In this document: in pieces, positions 1 through 10,332 of the stretch
How positions within the stretch are numbered: position 1 is the first letter of the stretch
Layout of the letters: every line of letters begins with the position of its first letter
The notes under the pieces: generated by a model
The model's database searches: none
The model's input: the letters and a program-made list of their open reading frames with translations, nothing else
What the model was told of the DNA's origin: nothing
Assembly: GCF_000400465.1 (NCBI RefSeq)
Contig: NW_008806278.1
Location: forward strand, 352,592 to 384,591
Direction of reading: 5' to 3'
Origin: Wallemia ichthyophaga EXF-994
Taxonomy: Eukaryota > Fungi > Basidiomycota
DNA: 32,000 nt
Translations under genes and position numbers: made by a program

Positions 1-402
1 GTCGCTGTGCTTGGCTTGATTGGTCTTTTCTTCGTTATTGCCATAATCAGACTGATCATTTATATCATCACCATGTTCACTGCAAGCCCCGGTCTTTGGA
101 TTTTCCCAAATTTGTTCGAAGATGTTGGCTTCATTGACTCGTTCATACCCATGTATGAATGGGATTACCCTAAGAAGAAGAAAGCCGGCAAGAAGAAGGC
201 TAAAAAGCAAGTCAACGATGCTAATCAAGTTACTGAGACAAAGGATTCAACGCACTCAGCTCTAAATCACAGCAAAGAATCCCTTCAGAATCCTTCAAAC
301 AACACTTCAGCACAAAGTGACAGTGATACACGCGCTGATAGCCCTAACAGCCATGACAGCCCTGACAGCCCTAACACCTCTAACCATGCAAAGGAGGAGT
401 AA
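1..402 (+). CDS. SEC62: Translocation protein Sec62, C-terminal part (5' truncated by window edge)
   Basis: Frame open from base 1. Hydrophobic TM segment (LGLIGLFFVIAIIRLIIYIIT) followed by GLWIFPNLFEDVGFIDSFIPMYEW, which I recognise as the conserved Sec62 post-TM2 motif, then a Lys-rich and low-complexity tail to TAA 400-402. Confidence 0.85.
   Translation, partial: VAVLGLIGLFFVIAIIRLIIYIITMFTASPGLWIFPNLFEDVGFIDSFIPMYEWDYPKKKKAGKKKAKKQVNDANQVTETKDSTHSALNHSKESLQNPSNNTSAQSDSDTRADSPNSHDSPDSPNTSNHAKEE
341..376 (+). repeat. 9-bp tandem repeat x4 (GCCCTAACA/GCCATGACA/GCCCTGACA) in the Sec62 tail, encoding SPN/SHD/SPD
   Basis: Read directly: gccctaaca gccatgaca gccctgaca gccctaaca. Confidence 0.75.
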
Positions 403-516
403 ATAGTTAAATAGTTTAGTTTATTACATAATTTTTATACAATGGCATTATTCTACATCATTATACTTAAATAACTCATTTCGGACTAGGCCGATGATCT
501 TTATCTCCCAACAATC

Positions 517-1262
517 ATGAGCTTGGCCGCTGGCAACAATTTCGACGATCTCACCTCGGGCGATCTATACGCCGTGTATTCACAGAGGCCACAGAGCACT
601 GCATACGCTGGACTACCTGTAATCGCTGGTCAAAATTACAATGATCGTTTCAGTGAGGAGTGGAGTGAGCTTGCCTCTGATTATACCGCAGAGCTGCCTA
701 CACTGCGCTCACTGCTTCCAGAGGAGCTAAACGGCGAGCCTGTTGAGCATGACTACCAGGACCAAGATTTCAAAGACGACTCAAGCGCCGGCTACGATGA
801 TGACCAGGACCAGGACCAGGATCAGGATCAAGACCAGGACGATGACTATGAAGCAGAATACGAGCCTGACGATGGCTGGTATTCACATCACGCCGACAAT
901 CCATCCGCTTTGTCGATTTCCCAGGATAACGACGCAAACAACGCAAACGGCGCAAACAACACCGATACAATAAACGATACAGGCACAGATGAAGAGCCGC
1001 TATACGTGAATGCAAAGCAGTACCATAGAATTCTAAAAAGGAGGCAAATCAGACAGCGTCTCGAGGAGTTGAATAGAATTTCCAAGGAAAGGAAGGTGAG
1101 CAATGATCCATGTCTTTAGTTGAGTTGTATTGACGCGTTACAAAGCCATACCTCCACGAATCTAGGCATAGACACGCTAAGAGACGCCCTAGAGGTGCTG
1201 GTGGCAGATTCCTCACTGCCAATGAAGTCGAAGAACTCAACAAAAAACACGCAGACGAATAA
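517..1262 (+). CDS. HAP2: CCAAT-binding factor subunit Hap2/NF-YA/HapB; join(517..1095,1146..1262)
   Basis: [18 protein letters not shown] (subunit association) and, after a 50-nt GTGAGC..AAG intron (1096-1145), [24 protein letters not shown] (DNA binding). Stop TAA 1260-1262. Confidence 0.92.
802..840 (+). repeat. GACCAG/GATCAG hexamer repeat x6.5 encoding (DQ)n in the Hap2 acidic N-terminus
   Basis: Read directly: gaccag gaccag gaccag gatcag gatcaa gaccag gac. Confidence 0.85.
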
Positions 1263-1290
1263 CGCAGCGTAGAAGAACGTGATAGCGTTA

Positions 1291-1350
1291 CAGCGTGTAC
1301 CAGCGTGTATCCGTGTGTACCCGCGTGTACCCGCGTTTGCCCGCTTATAC
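1291..1350. repeat. Degenerate 10-bp tandem repeat x6 (consensus CCGCGTGTAC) between HAP2 stop and MSH5 start
   Basis: cagcgtgtac cagcgtgtat ccgtgtgtac ccgcgtgtac ccgcgtttgc ccgcttatac. Confidence 0.8.
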
Positions 1351-1435
1351 CAACCTAGAATTTGCTGAAAAATGTTGTAATATTATTTAAGTGTATTTAT
1401 TATCTCTGTCTAGCTCTTGCTTCTCAACCCCTATC

Positions 1436-4400
1436 ATGCTCGACAAACGATACGAGAGATACGCGGGAATGAGAAGAGATGCAACGTCACAGCTATCCCA
1501 GGCAGAGATAGACGCTGACGACGTTGAAGATGAAAAGGTTCCTAGATTTTTTGCCGTCGCACGGGTATCTCACCAAACCACTCGCAGATCACTCTCGCAA
1601 TCAGCGCGCACAAGGACGAGATCGCTGTGGCTTCTTTCGATACACTAACTCACAAGATACGCGTCATGCAGGATACCCCTGATAGTTCATCTCATCATCT
1701 TATCACCACCAGTCAGACAATACTATCTCCTAATGACGACATTACTGATAAATTCTAGTTTTGCATCAGCTGCAGCCAGACGAGGTATACTGCTCACTCA
1801 CTGCACCCGAATCGCTCATCGATGCTGTTGAGCTCTTCATCGCCAGTGTAAAAACAAACGCTGTTCTCCACCTCAATCCTTGGAAGGATTTCGCTTATGA
1901 TCCATCCAAGTCGCGTATTTTGCAGCTCAATTTGTCCAACATCGAATGGTCTAATGATTTACCTGTTACGCCTACAGCTACTCCCCAGTCAGCATTCCAA
2001 CAGCAGTCCGTTGACATGAGCGCAATGGATGAGCGCTCCAAGGAAATCTACCTATCGGGCCTGATTAATTTCGACTTCAAGCTCTCAGTTGGAGCTGTAG
2101 GCTGCTTGATATTGACCTTGCAGCGCCATCTCGCTCAGGAGGCACCCGAGGCCATCACTTCTGCTTGTTGTCGAGTGGAAGATCTAGCTGTGGTCGGTTT
2201 GGAGACGTGGCAAGTGTAAGCCTCGAATATACTCTTTAACCGCGTCAAACTCAATCGTCTAGTGACAAGGTGATGCAGATCGATAACGATGCATTGATGG
2301 CGTTGGGTGTGTTCGCTGATGAACAGCACGCATCGATGCACTCCAATAAAAGCAAGGAAGGTCTGTCATTGTTCAATCTTCTTTCTGAAACCAAGACACA
2401 TTCTGGTACACAGCTCCTGCAGAGAAGATTAAGACAGCCGAGCTGCGACGTCAAAGTGATCAACAACAGACTCGACGCCATAGCTATACTGATCCATCCG
2501 CAAAATGTCAATGCTGTGGCTGCGATGCGTAAAAGCTTATCGAAAGTCGGAAAGGGTGTCAATGTGTTGCATGTGTTCAACTCGCTCAAAGTTGGTAAAA
2601 CGAGTTATCGTTTCTTTAGTTGTCTCGTTCAGTTGACAGTACTCGCTCAAGAGCAGTACGAAATCATTGCAAGTCTCGCTGTACTCGAATCTAAGCAGTT
2701 GATTCTGGATGTAGGCGGAGCGCATCTGTCAACTCAACTCAATAACTTTGCCAGATACTTACTGCATTTGACATATCCACTTGTCATACTACCAGGGAAG
2801 CTATAATGTTCGCGGTCGATTTTGTCGAATCGAAACGATCGCGCAGACTAATCATCGCTGATGGGTTCGACGATGATCTTGGTGTGGGGTTTTTAGATGT
2901 TGCTGCACCTCTAACACCCAATTTAAGACACTATTCGCCACAAGTACGACAGCATAGACAGTCTGCTGTCGCAAATCGCTCTGCAAATCTACGATGAAAC
3001 ACCACCTGGCGTTGCTGAGGAGATCAATGTGGTCTACTTTCCACAAATTGGATACCTGATTGCTATTGATGTTGTCAACAACCACTACGAAGATGTCGAA
3101 GATAAAGACATGATCGGTGCGCGCATTGGATGGGTGTATCAAGTGAGTCGCAAGTCTTGGCGCTGAGCATCTCTTAATGACTCAGTTCATGACCGAATCA
3201 GTGAGGTTGTCTAAAGTTGGTATAATTTCCAACTCACGACTCAGGTTGTGTATTTCAAATCAGACAGGATGTTTGAGCTTGACGCCCACCTCGGCGATCT
3301 CGCAACGATGATCGCAGACAGAGAGACAGAGATAGCGTATGATCTCAGTCAATTTGTGTTGAGCTATACAAAGGAGCTGTCTAAAATGGCTGCAGCAATT
3401 GCCGAGCTGGATATGTGAGTTGAGTTTATTTTACGTGAACAAGCTGACATTGCGTCAGACTACTCGCACTCACGCGCATAAGCGAATTAAACAGTTTCAG
3501 CAAGCCACTGATTGCAACAACTCCAATCATCAGGATATCAGAGGGCAGACATCCGCTTCAAGAAATGTGCGTCAATGATTTTGTGCAAAATGACACTTTC
3601 TTCAAGAAGACAAGCGAGACGAGAATCAGAGTCGATGATGATATCGATATTATAGAGAGCAGAGGCACTGCTCCGAGCGCCTCGCACACTCCTGCTCCGC
3701 GCACACCCACGCACCAGCTGAGCAGCTTCTCAGCCACCGGCTCTGACAGACAGACTAGCGTTCAGTTAAACAACTCAGCTATGGTTATTACAGGTGCCAA
3801 TGGAAGTGGAAAGAGCGTGTATCTCAAACAAGTCGGTCTGATTGTTATCATGGCGCAGATTGGATGGTGAGCTGAGGCACGTGACTAACTATTTCAACTC
3901 AACTTTTCAGTTACGTCCCTGCTGAATCTGCTACTATTGGTTTGGTAGACAAACGTGAGCTCTGCCTCAGCCTCGAGAGTGACTAGAATGCAAAGTCTAA
4001 AACGACGAAAGTCTTCACTCGCATTATGTGCAAAGAGTCGTCATCGAAAGTGTGTTTCAGTTCACAGCCTAATCTGCCACTCAAGTCTTCTCCAGATGCA
4101 GTCGGCATTTATGATCGACTTGGCTCAGGTTACACACGCTATGCGCAATGCTACCGGCCGTTCACTCGTCTTGATGGATGAGTTTGGAAAGGGAACTCTT
4201 CCATCAGGTAGGCAAGCAAGTGCTTCGAATGTAGTACTCTAAAGCTTCGGCTAGATGGCGCAGGGATTTTTGCAGCGAGTGTCAACCATCTGGTTAAGAG
4301 GGGCGACGATTGTCCATTCGTGATTGCCACTACACACTTTCACGGTAGGCAGGAGAGTGGTTGATTAGTGTGACTCGCGGCTAATTGTCGCAGATCTTTG

Positions 4401-4912
4401 GGGTAGCGGATACATCAACATGGACGCACCGATCACTGTTGCTCATATGCGCGTTAAGAGTGGCAGAGACGAGAACGGGAAGCCAGTGCTGACCCATCTA
4501 CATAAGTGCGTGATGCGTGGATGTACTGCCAAGGCCGATCTAATTACTACTTGCCACGCAGACTTGAGTTAGAGCTCAGCATGGACTCTGGAGCTTTTGA
4601 TTGCGCGTTAGTGAATAACATACCTGCAGAAATAGTCGATAGGGGGAGGTATATCTCGTAGGCGACGCAATGACGCGAGTTGATTCAACTCACCAAACAC
4701 TCAGACAGCTTTACCTGCTAGACACACTTGACGAAGTAGCTCTGGAAAACTTGGACGCTGAACCATCAGAAGAAGTGCTGGAGGCGCAAGCGATAATGAA
4801 GAGATTCTTAGAATGGGATATTCAACACGCATACACTAATAACAGTGACCCGAATGCAATCATACAGCATGTTAATGACAGCATCATCGAAGGTGTGATC
4901 GTGTTCGACTGA
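1436..4912 (+). CDS. MSH5: Meiotic MutS homolog Msh5, 16 exons / 15 introns, frame intact when spliced
   Basis: Hand-spliced product contains [39 protein letters not shown], Walker [69 protein letters not shown] and ATTHFH. The SAFMIDL motif and N-terminus fit Msh5. Introns include 1538-1587, 1712-1758, 2216-2262, 2711-2754, 2882-2926, 3143-3185, 3201-3244, 3955-4011 and 4050-4095. Confidence 0.9.
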
Positions 4913-4960
4913 GCAACTCGCATAAAAGTTTGGAATATATCAATGCATCCATAAAATAAG

Positions 4961-6118
4961 TTAATCTATATCCGATTGTGTGGATTCGTTTGTACACTTG
5001 ACGCACCCGCAAATGAATCCCCATCCATTGACTAATCGCTGACGACGATCATCGACATTCAATGTCTTCTCATCGCCGCCAAGATAAGTGATGAATATCT
5101 CTTGATCCGCATTCACAACATCCGTTGTTGAGAATGTCCAAGTGTGTCTAGATCGCTGTTTTGAGACTGTTGGTGAGCACGAGTGATTGAAGCGCGAGAG
5201 AGAAGGTACGAGCATTGACCCAAGCAACTCGCTGCGTTCTTCTGTATGTGTGCATTTCAAGTCCGAGCTCCCACTCCAAATTCCGAAGCTATTTGATCTG
5301 TCTACGGCCAATATCTTGGCAATTGACGGTGCAGATAGTGCATACTGAGATAGCGATGGAGGCAACAGACTGACTAGGGCCAAGTAGTGATTGATCTGTT
5401 GATCAAGTAGCCGGCTCAATGTGCATGGCTCAATGGTAGTGCTCAAGGTGAGTGTATGTGCGACAGTCGATGGCGAGAGTACGTTGGTAGCAATATAGCT
5501 GGCGAGATTTTTTATGCTGTCTATATCCGTGTCACTGTCTTCATCGTAAGCTCGCAATCCTGCTGCTTGTACCTCGCTGAGCAGCTTCCGCTGTGCTTTG
5601 TTGGGCTTATCAGAGGCGAGAGTGTTGACTATATCGAGTAGCGTGTTCTGTGAATCAGTCCACGACTCCTCAATTATTCTCCTATCCGGTATGATATCGT
5701 CGTCTTCCGGATCGGGCGCTGTCTTCAATTGCTTGCGTTTTCGAGAGAATTCTTCAACGCTTATGAGGAAAGCGTGGAGATCTGGCGCGATTGCAATTCT
5801 CTTCATAAACTTACTCCGGCATTCCTCGGAGCAGAAAACGACGCCGATGTGATTCTCCTTGAGCTTCCAATCGAGGCCACTATCGTAGTTGTAGCAGAAA
5901 CCACAAACTTCTTTCCAGTATCTCCTGTATATGATGCTAAAATACTCGTCGCTCGTTTCATAGAGCGTCTGCTTGGGCTGTAACTGTCGCTTCGCAAAAA
6001 CGCCGATGCCTTTGTTTTGTTTGATTAGAATGAGCAGCAGCGGCGGATAAATAAACCAACCTGCACCGGGAGTATATCGCGATTCGATATCATCGCTTGT
6101 GTAATTAGTCTTATCCAT
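4961..6118 (-). CDS. SET-domain lysine methyltransferase with MYND-like Cys insert (SMYD/Set6-like), intronless, 385 aa
   Basis: GIGVFAKRQL (SET-N), EVCGFC...FCSEECR (zinc-binding insert), SRFNHSCSPTV, EIFITYL, post-SET WGFICGCVKC. Confidence 0.85.
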   Translation of the reverse strand: MDKTNYTSDDIESRYTPGAGWFIYPPLLLILIKQNKGIGVFAKRQLQPKQTLYETSDEYFSIIYRRYWKEVCGFCYNYDSGLDWKLKENHIGVVFCSEECRSKFMKRIAIAPDLHAFLISVEEFSRKRKQLKTAPDPEDDDIIPDRRIIEESWTDSQNTLLDIVNTLASDKPNKAQRKLLSEVQAAGLRAYDEDSDTDIDSIKNLASYIATNVLSPSTVAHTLTLSTTIEPCTLSRLLDQQINHYLALVSLLPPSLSQYALSAPSIAKILAVDRSNSFGIWSGSSDLKCTHTEERSELLGSMLVPSLSRFNHSCSPTVSKQRSRHTWTFSTTDVVNADQEIFITYLGGDEKTLNVDDRRQRLVNGWGFICGCVKCTNESTQSDID

Positions 6119-6330
6119 CTCAACGCCTGTAAAGACTGAGATCGTCTATCGTCTACTGACGTGATGGACGTTAGCGGAGACGTAGCGATTTCAAAATCAA
6201 ACGACGCAAACGCATGCGGGGGAAGCATTTACGGGAAACGAACAAAATCTGTGCTCATACATCTCACTTGATCAAAGCCCGCCCAAATTAGGTTTTCCAT
6301 TATCCAATCAACAAAGACAGAGGTTGTTAA

Positions 6331-7716
6331 GGGGAGGCTTCCAAACAGAAAGTCTTTGAAGGCGAACCATGTCTTTCGAAATTTAAGAGACTGGGCCAAG
6401 ATATCTTCTACACGGTTTTAGACTTGCTGATCGACGAGTTTGGCGATACAAACGTCAGTTTTAGGCTTTCAGTTAATATGCATGGGAGGAGTGCTTTGAT
6501 GGAATATCCCAAGTCATTCTCCAGCCACTCACTTGCGTTGACCAACAATACTTGGCCACCAACACTACCACAGCATTTCTAGACCAATTCCTCTCTCTCA
6601 GATAAACGCATAAGCTATCGCAATGTCAGCAGCTATTACTTCAATTTCTGTAGGCTGCTGGATTACTTCCATGACACTGGCATTAAACTCAACACACTCA
6701 ATTGGACAAGTGACATCCATTCAATGCTCGAGCCATCATTTATATCTTCCCAAGTGACTCAAAAGAATATTAAGATTGACAATATTACGATAATATCACG
6801 CGATAATAGCCACTGGGCTGTACTATTTTAGTTAATAAGTCGGATAGCTATAATTCGCTCACTTTGTATTTAGTTACGCCAATACTCGCGAATTTTATTT
6901 TCTGTGTGTTGGAATAATCTGATATTACGCTCCTCCACAGCAATTCGCGGACTGCAAGTTGAACGTGCGGCATTTGTCACTCGATTTTGATCGTTTCAGA
7001 GAGTTAGACGCGCATGGTATCAAGGATATTATGTCGCATGAGCTACCACAGATACATTCACTCAAAACACTCATCATCAATGGTGCCAGTATCAGTGTGT
7101 TGCTTTGCGACAATGTAAGAAGCTTTGTCTTACTGTCACTGCACGTAATCGAGTTAGACAGATCAAGTTCGATGATATTGCAAAATGTCAAGTCGCCAGT
7201 TTGAAGTAAAATCAGTATCAAAAACTACGACATAGACTTACATCGCGCAGTCCTTTGCACTGAGATCAGCTACCTGTCTCTTCAAGATAGTACATCATAC
7301 ATGAGCGATGGGAATACATGGAAGCAAATCTCTTCTCCAAACTCACACGACTGCAAGTTTTCGACTTGAGCCAAATCCCGCACACAATATTCATTGAGGC
7401 ATTCAACCGAGGCAATTTCGACATGTTTTTACCCTCGTCTCAGAGTTCTTAATGTTTCTTTAAGCGAGGGACTACCAGGCTCGTTCATGGTCAGATTCAT
7501 TGACGTTCACATGGGTTGTGGCTTCAGTCCAATCGAGGACTGTTTGGGGTTGATTGCGGCATAGAGAGACATGAAAACACAGCCTGGCATCAAATATCTC
7601 TAAGTGCCACCTCGATATTGGCAGGTCTGCACATAAAACCGACCTTGAACTGTCCTTCGAGGCAGATATACCAAGCATCCAACAAACCAAGATTGTGTAA
7701 TAATGTAAATGTATAA
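6331..7716 (+). pseudogene. Probable decayed F-box/RNI-like leucine-rich-repeat gene
   Basis: ATG 6369 gives MSFEI* and is one base out of frame with an F-box-like FKRLGQDIFYTVLDLL. One frame runs 6331-6831 with an internal TAG at 6580-6582. LRR-like pieces occur in shifting frames (LNVRHLSLDF, IHSLKTLIING, FSKLTRLQVFDLSQIP, LRVLNVSL). I could not find splice sites that repair the frames. Confidence 0.5.
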
Positions 7717-7899
7717 GAATTGTATTATTTGTGTAGTAATATTCCATGCCGACGTGCTCTGCCGGAAGTCTGTCATCCGACACCATTCCGGCGAAAAATC
7801 TTATTGATCACCGATTTGGGCTAATGATATAATGTTTAATTTGGTGTTTAATTGTAAATCCTGGGCTGAAAACTGTACACTTACCCACCAACTCTGAAC

Positions 7900-8674
7900 A
7901 TGTTAAATCTGCCATTTGAGCTAGTGGATGAGATATTCTCGCAGCTGTCGTTTAAAGACAGGCAGAGCCTCACGCTGGTGAAGGAGTTATCAAGTGCGAG
8001 TAGCTGCAGGGTGTTGCAAACGATAACCGTCACCGACTTCGATAAGGAGGGAATAACGATACTTAATTCACCTAGAGTGGTAAATCATATACGGTAGGTG
8101 CCCAGCGACACAACTAAACATGGCTGACTCGCCTTGCTAACAAAGAAATTTGACTGTTAACTGTGAATATTCATTGAAGCTGCCTAAACAGTTTGCAAAA
8201 ATGAAGCAGCTCCAGACGCTTCAACTAGATTTGCGCTTTATAAGCCAGCAAATGGAGCTGTTTAGTAGGGGAGGGAGTAGGAAGCCGTTTGGAGATCTCT
8301 CTCTGACGACATTCCTACCCGCATCAAATACAGTGACGGAGCTGACTTTGCGGCTGCACTCTACGAGTGACATTGAACACAACAGGATAGTTCTGGATGA
8401 ACTTATCCTCAGATACCCCAGCCTGGAGACGCTGGCTGTTGTGTTCGACAGAATGTCTAGTGCCGATATTGAGCCAGTTGTATCAAAGTTGACTTCGTTA
8501 CCGCTCTCAGTTGTCGTCGTCAAGTGCCAGACTGGGAATTGCTTTGATAGGCTGGATGTGCTCTGCGCAGATAGAAGCAACGGCTTGAAAAGGGTGGCTG
8601 ATCGGAAGGAGCGTGTCAGAATAGCTTCAAGTCTATATCACTTTGAACAAATTGCAAATAAGTTTGGATACTAA
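7900..8674 (+). CDS. F-box protein with LRR-like C-terminus; join(7900..8093,8146..8674), 240 aa
   Basis: N-terminal F-box motif LNLPFELVDEIFSQLSFKDRQSLTLV. A 52-nt GTAGGT..GCTAAC..AAG intron joins the two track ORFs in frame. LRR-like MKQLQTLQLDL, VTELTLRL, YPSLETLAV. Confidence 0.8.
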
Positions 8675-8711
8675 ATTTTCACCCGCGTGTACTACTAATT
8701 AATGTCTCACT

Positions 8712-9047
8712 ATGTCATCATGTGTATGCGTGTGACCTTGGATAAGGGTTCTTTAACTAGAACAGCGATATTATGAATACAGAAAGGGCAGACACGACAG
8801 AATCATTCAAAGGGTATGCTCCATTTGATGAAACAATGGAAGGACCAGCTGTCTGTGTATTTGTAGACATTTCAACATCCCTAACAAACCACAGGCTACC
8901 TCGCGTGGATCCAAAGATGATGACTGGTACCCACCTGCTGGATCCAGAGCCGCCAAAGCGTTAGAGCATCTATTTGACGACGCTGATGAATTTGACGAGG
9001 CTGATTGGAGGAATTGGGTGGAAGAAGACAAATCAGCCAATCAGTAA
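8712..9047 (+). CDS. Small (~70-76 aa) acidic spliced orphan protein; last exon 8895..9047, 5' structure ambiguous
   Basis: CTAAC branch and CAG acceptor at 8894, then ATSRGSKDDDWYPPAGSRAAKALEHLFDDADEFDEADWRNWVEEDKSANQ*. It joins in frame either to ATG 8773 (intron 8851-8894) or to ATG 8712 through GTATGC donors at 8724 and 8814. Confidence 0.5.
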
Positions 9048-9203
9048 CTGCAAATATCATGCATTTATGTACATATACGTTGACGTCATTCACATATATC
9101 TTCTCTCTTCTTTGTTTTCGAATTTTCATCTTGTCATAAGGCATTGTATCATGTTATTTACTTTAGCTTGATTTACACTTGAGATTTTGGATTTACCACT
9201 TTC

Positions 9204-9212
9204 GGTGGCAAA
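9204..9212 (+). promoter_or_regulatory. GGTGGCAAA, exact match to the yeast PACE (Rpn4) element, 41 bp upstream of the AKR ATG
   Basis: Exact 9-mer seen in sequence; function in this lineage is not established. Confidence 0.25.
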
Positions 9213-9253
9213 TGACGACATGATTCGTTCCCCACCAACGCCCAAGATCAATC

Positions 9254-10267
9254 ATGGCAGCCGCAAAAGGACCACTCATGTTACCAAAAAACTTCAGACT
9301 TGGAAACGGACAAGTTATCAACTCAATTGGATTGGGTTTATGGAAAGTTGATAAGAATAACACGGAAAGAGTCGTTAGCGACGCACTCGACTTAGGCTAC
9401 AGACATATCGATGGTGCGTTTGCCTACGGTAATTCTGACAAAGTCGGTGCGGCCCTCACCAAGAGTAGAATCGATAGGAAGAACCTGTGGTTAACCACCA
9501 AGAACTGGAACTCGTTCTGGGATCCATCGCTTGTGAAAGCTAGTGCAGAGCAAGAGCTTGAGAGTTTTGGTACCAACTACCTCGACTTACTCCTGCTGCA
9601 CTGGCCGGTGGCATTTGCCAACCCAGACAAAGTGCTCGATAAGATGCCTGTCAAACAGGAAGGAAAGCAGCTGCCGGTGATTGACCGTGAGGCTATGGAA
9701 AAGCTCGAGCAGACCTGGGAGGCTATGGAGGGTCTTGTGAAGGAAGGTAAAGTGCGCAGTCTCGGAATTAGCAACTTCTCAGCAGGCAAGACTGAAAATC
9801 TTCTCAAATTCGCTAAAGAAAAGCCACTCGTTAACCAGGTAGAGATAAACTTGCACTGTTCACAACCAGATTTGGTTAAGTTTAATGAGGAGAATGGAAT
9901 ATTAACGCAGGCATACTCCCCACTTGGTTCAGACACGAAACAGGCAAGCTACTCAAAGGAGCCGCTGATACAGGAGCTGTCGAAGAAAGCCAATGTCAGT
10001 CCAACGCAGCTCATTTTGGCGTGGCATTTGAAGCGCGGAATCAACCCACTGCCTCGTTCAATGAATAAGGAGCATTTGAAGGAGAATTTGGATGGTGAGT
10101 TGGTTTATGTTATCTAGCACCCACTTACACACTCCACAGCTGTCAACGTACAACTTCCACAAGATGTTTTCGATGCGCTTCAAGAGGAGAGTGCTAAGAC
10201 ACCAGCAAATCGTGTTGTAAATCCGTCGAAAGCGTGGCAAACTGATATATTCAGTGATGAGAAGTAA
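9254..10267 (+). CDS. NADPH-dependent aldo-keto reductase (Gcy1/Ypr1-like); join(9254..10094,10140..10267)
   Basis: IGLGLW, GYRHIDGAFAYGN (catalytic D, Y), LTTK (K), LDLLLLHWP (H), SLGISNF, NQVEIN, AYSPLGS, PLPRS. 45-nt intron GTGAGT..CAG; stop TAA 10265-10267. Confidence 0.92.
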
Positions 10268-10332
10268 ATGTGAATGTAGCTAGATATTGATTTGAACATG
10301 AATTGAAATTATTTACTTGTTTAACCAAAGCC

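Noticed and set aside
7759-7795. GCCGGAA...TTCCGGC inverted repeat upstream of the F-box gene
   Set aside because: A 7-bp stem with a ~21-nt loop is within chance expectation; no supporting features.
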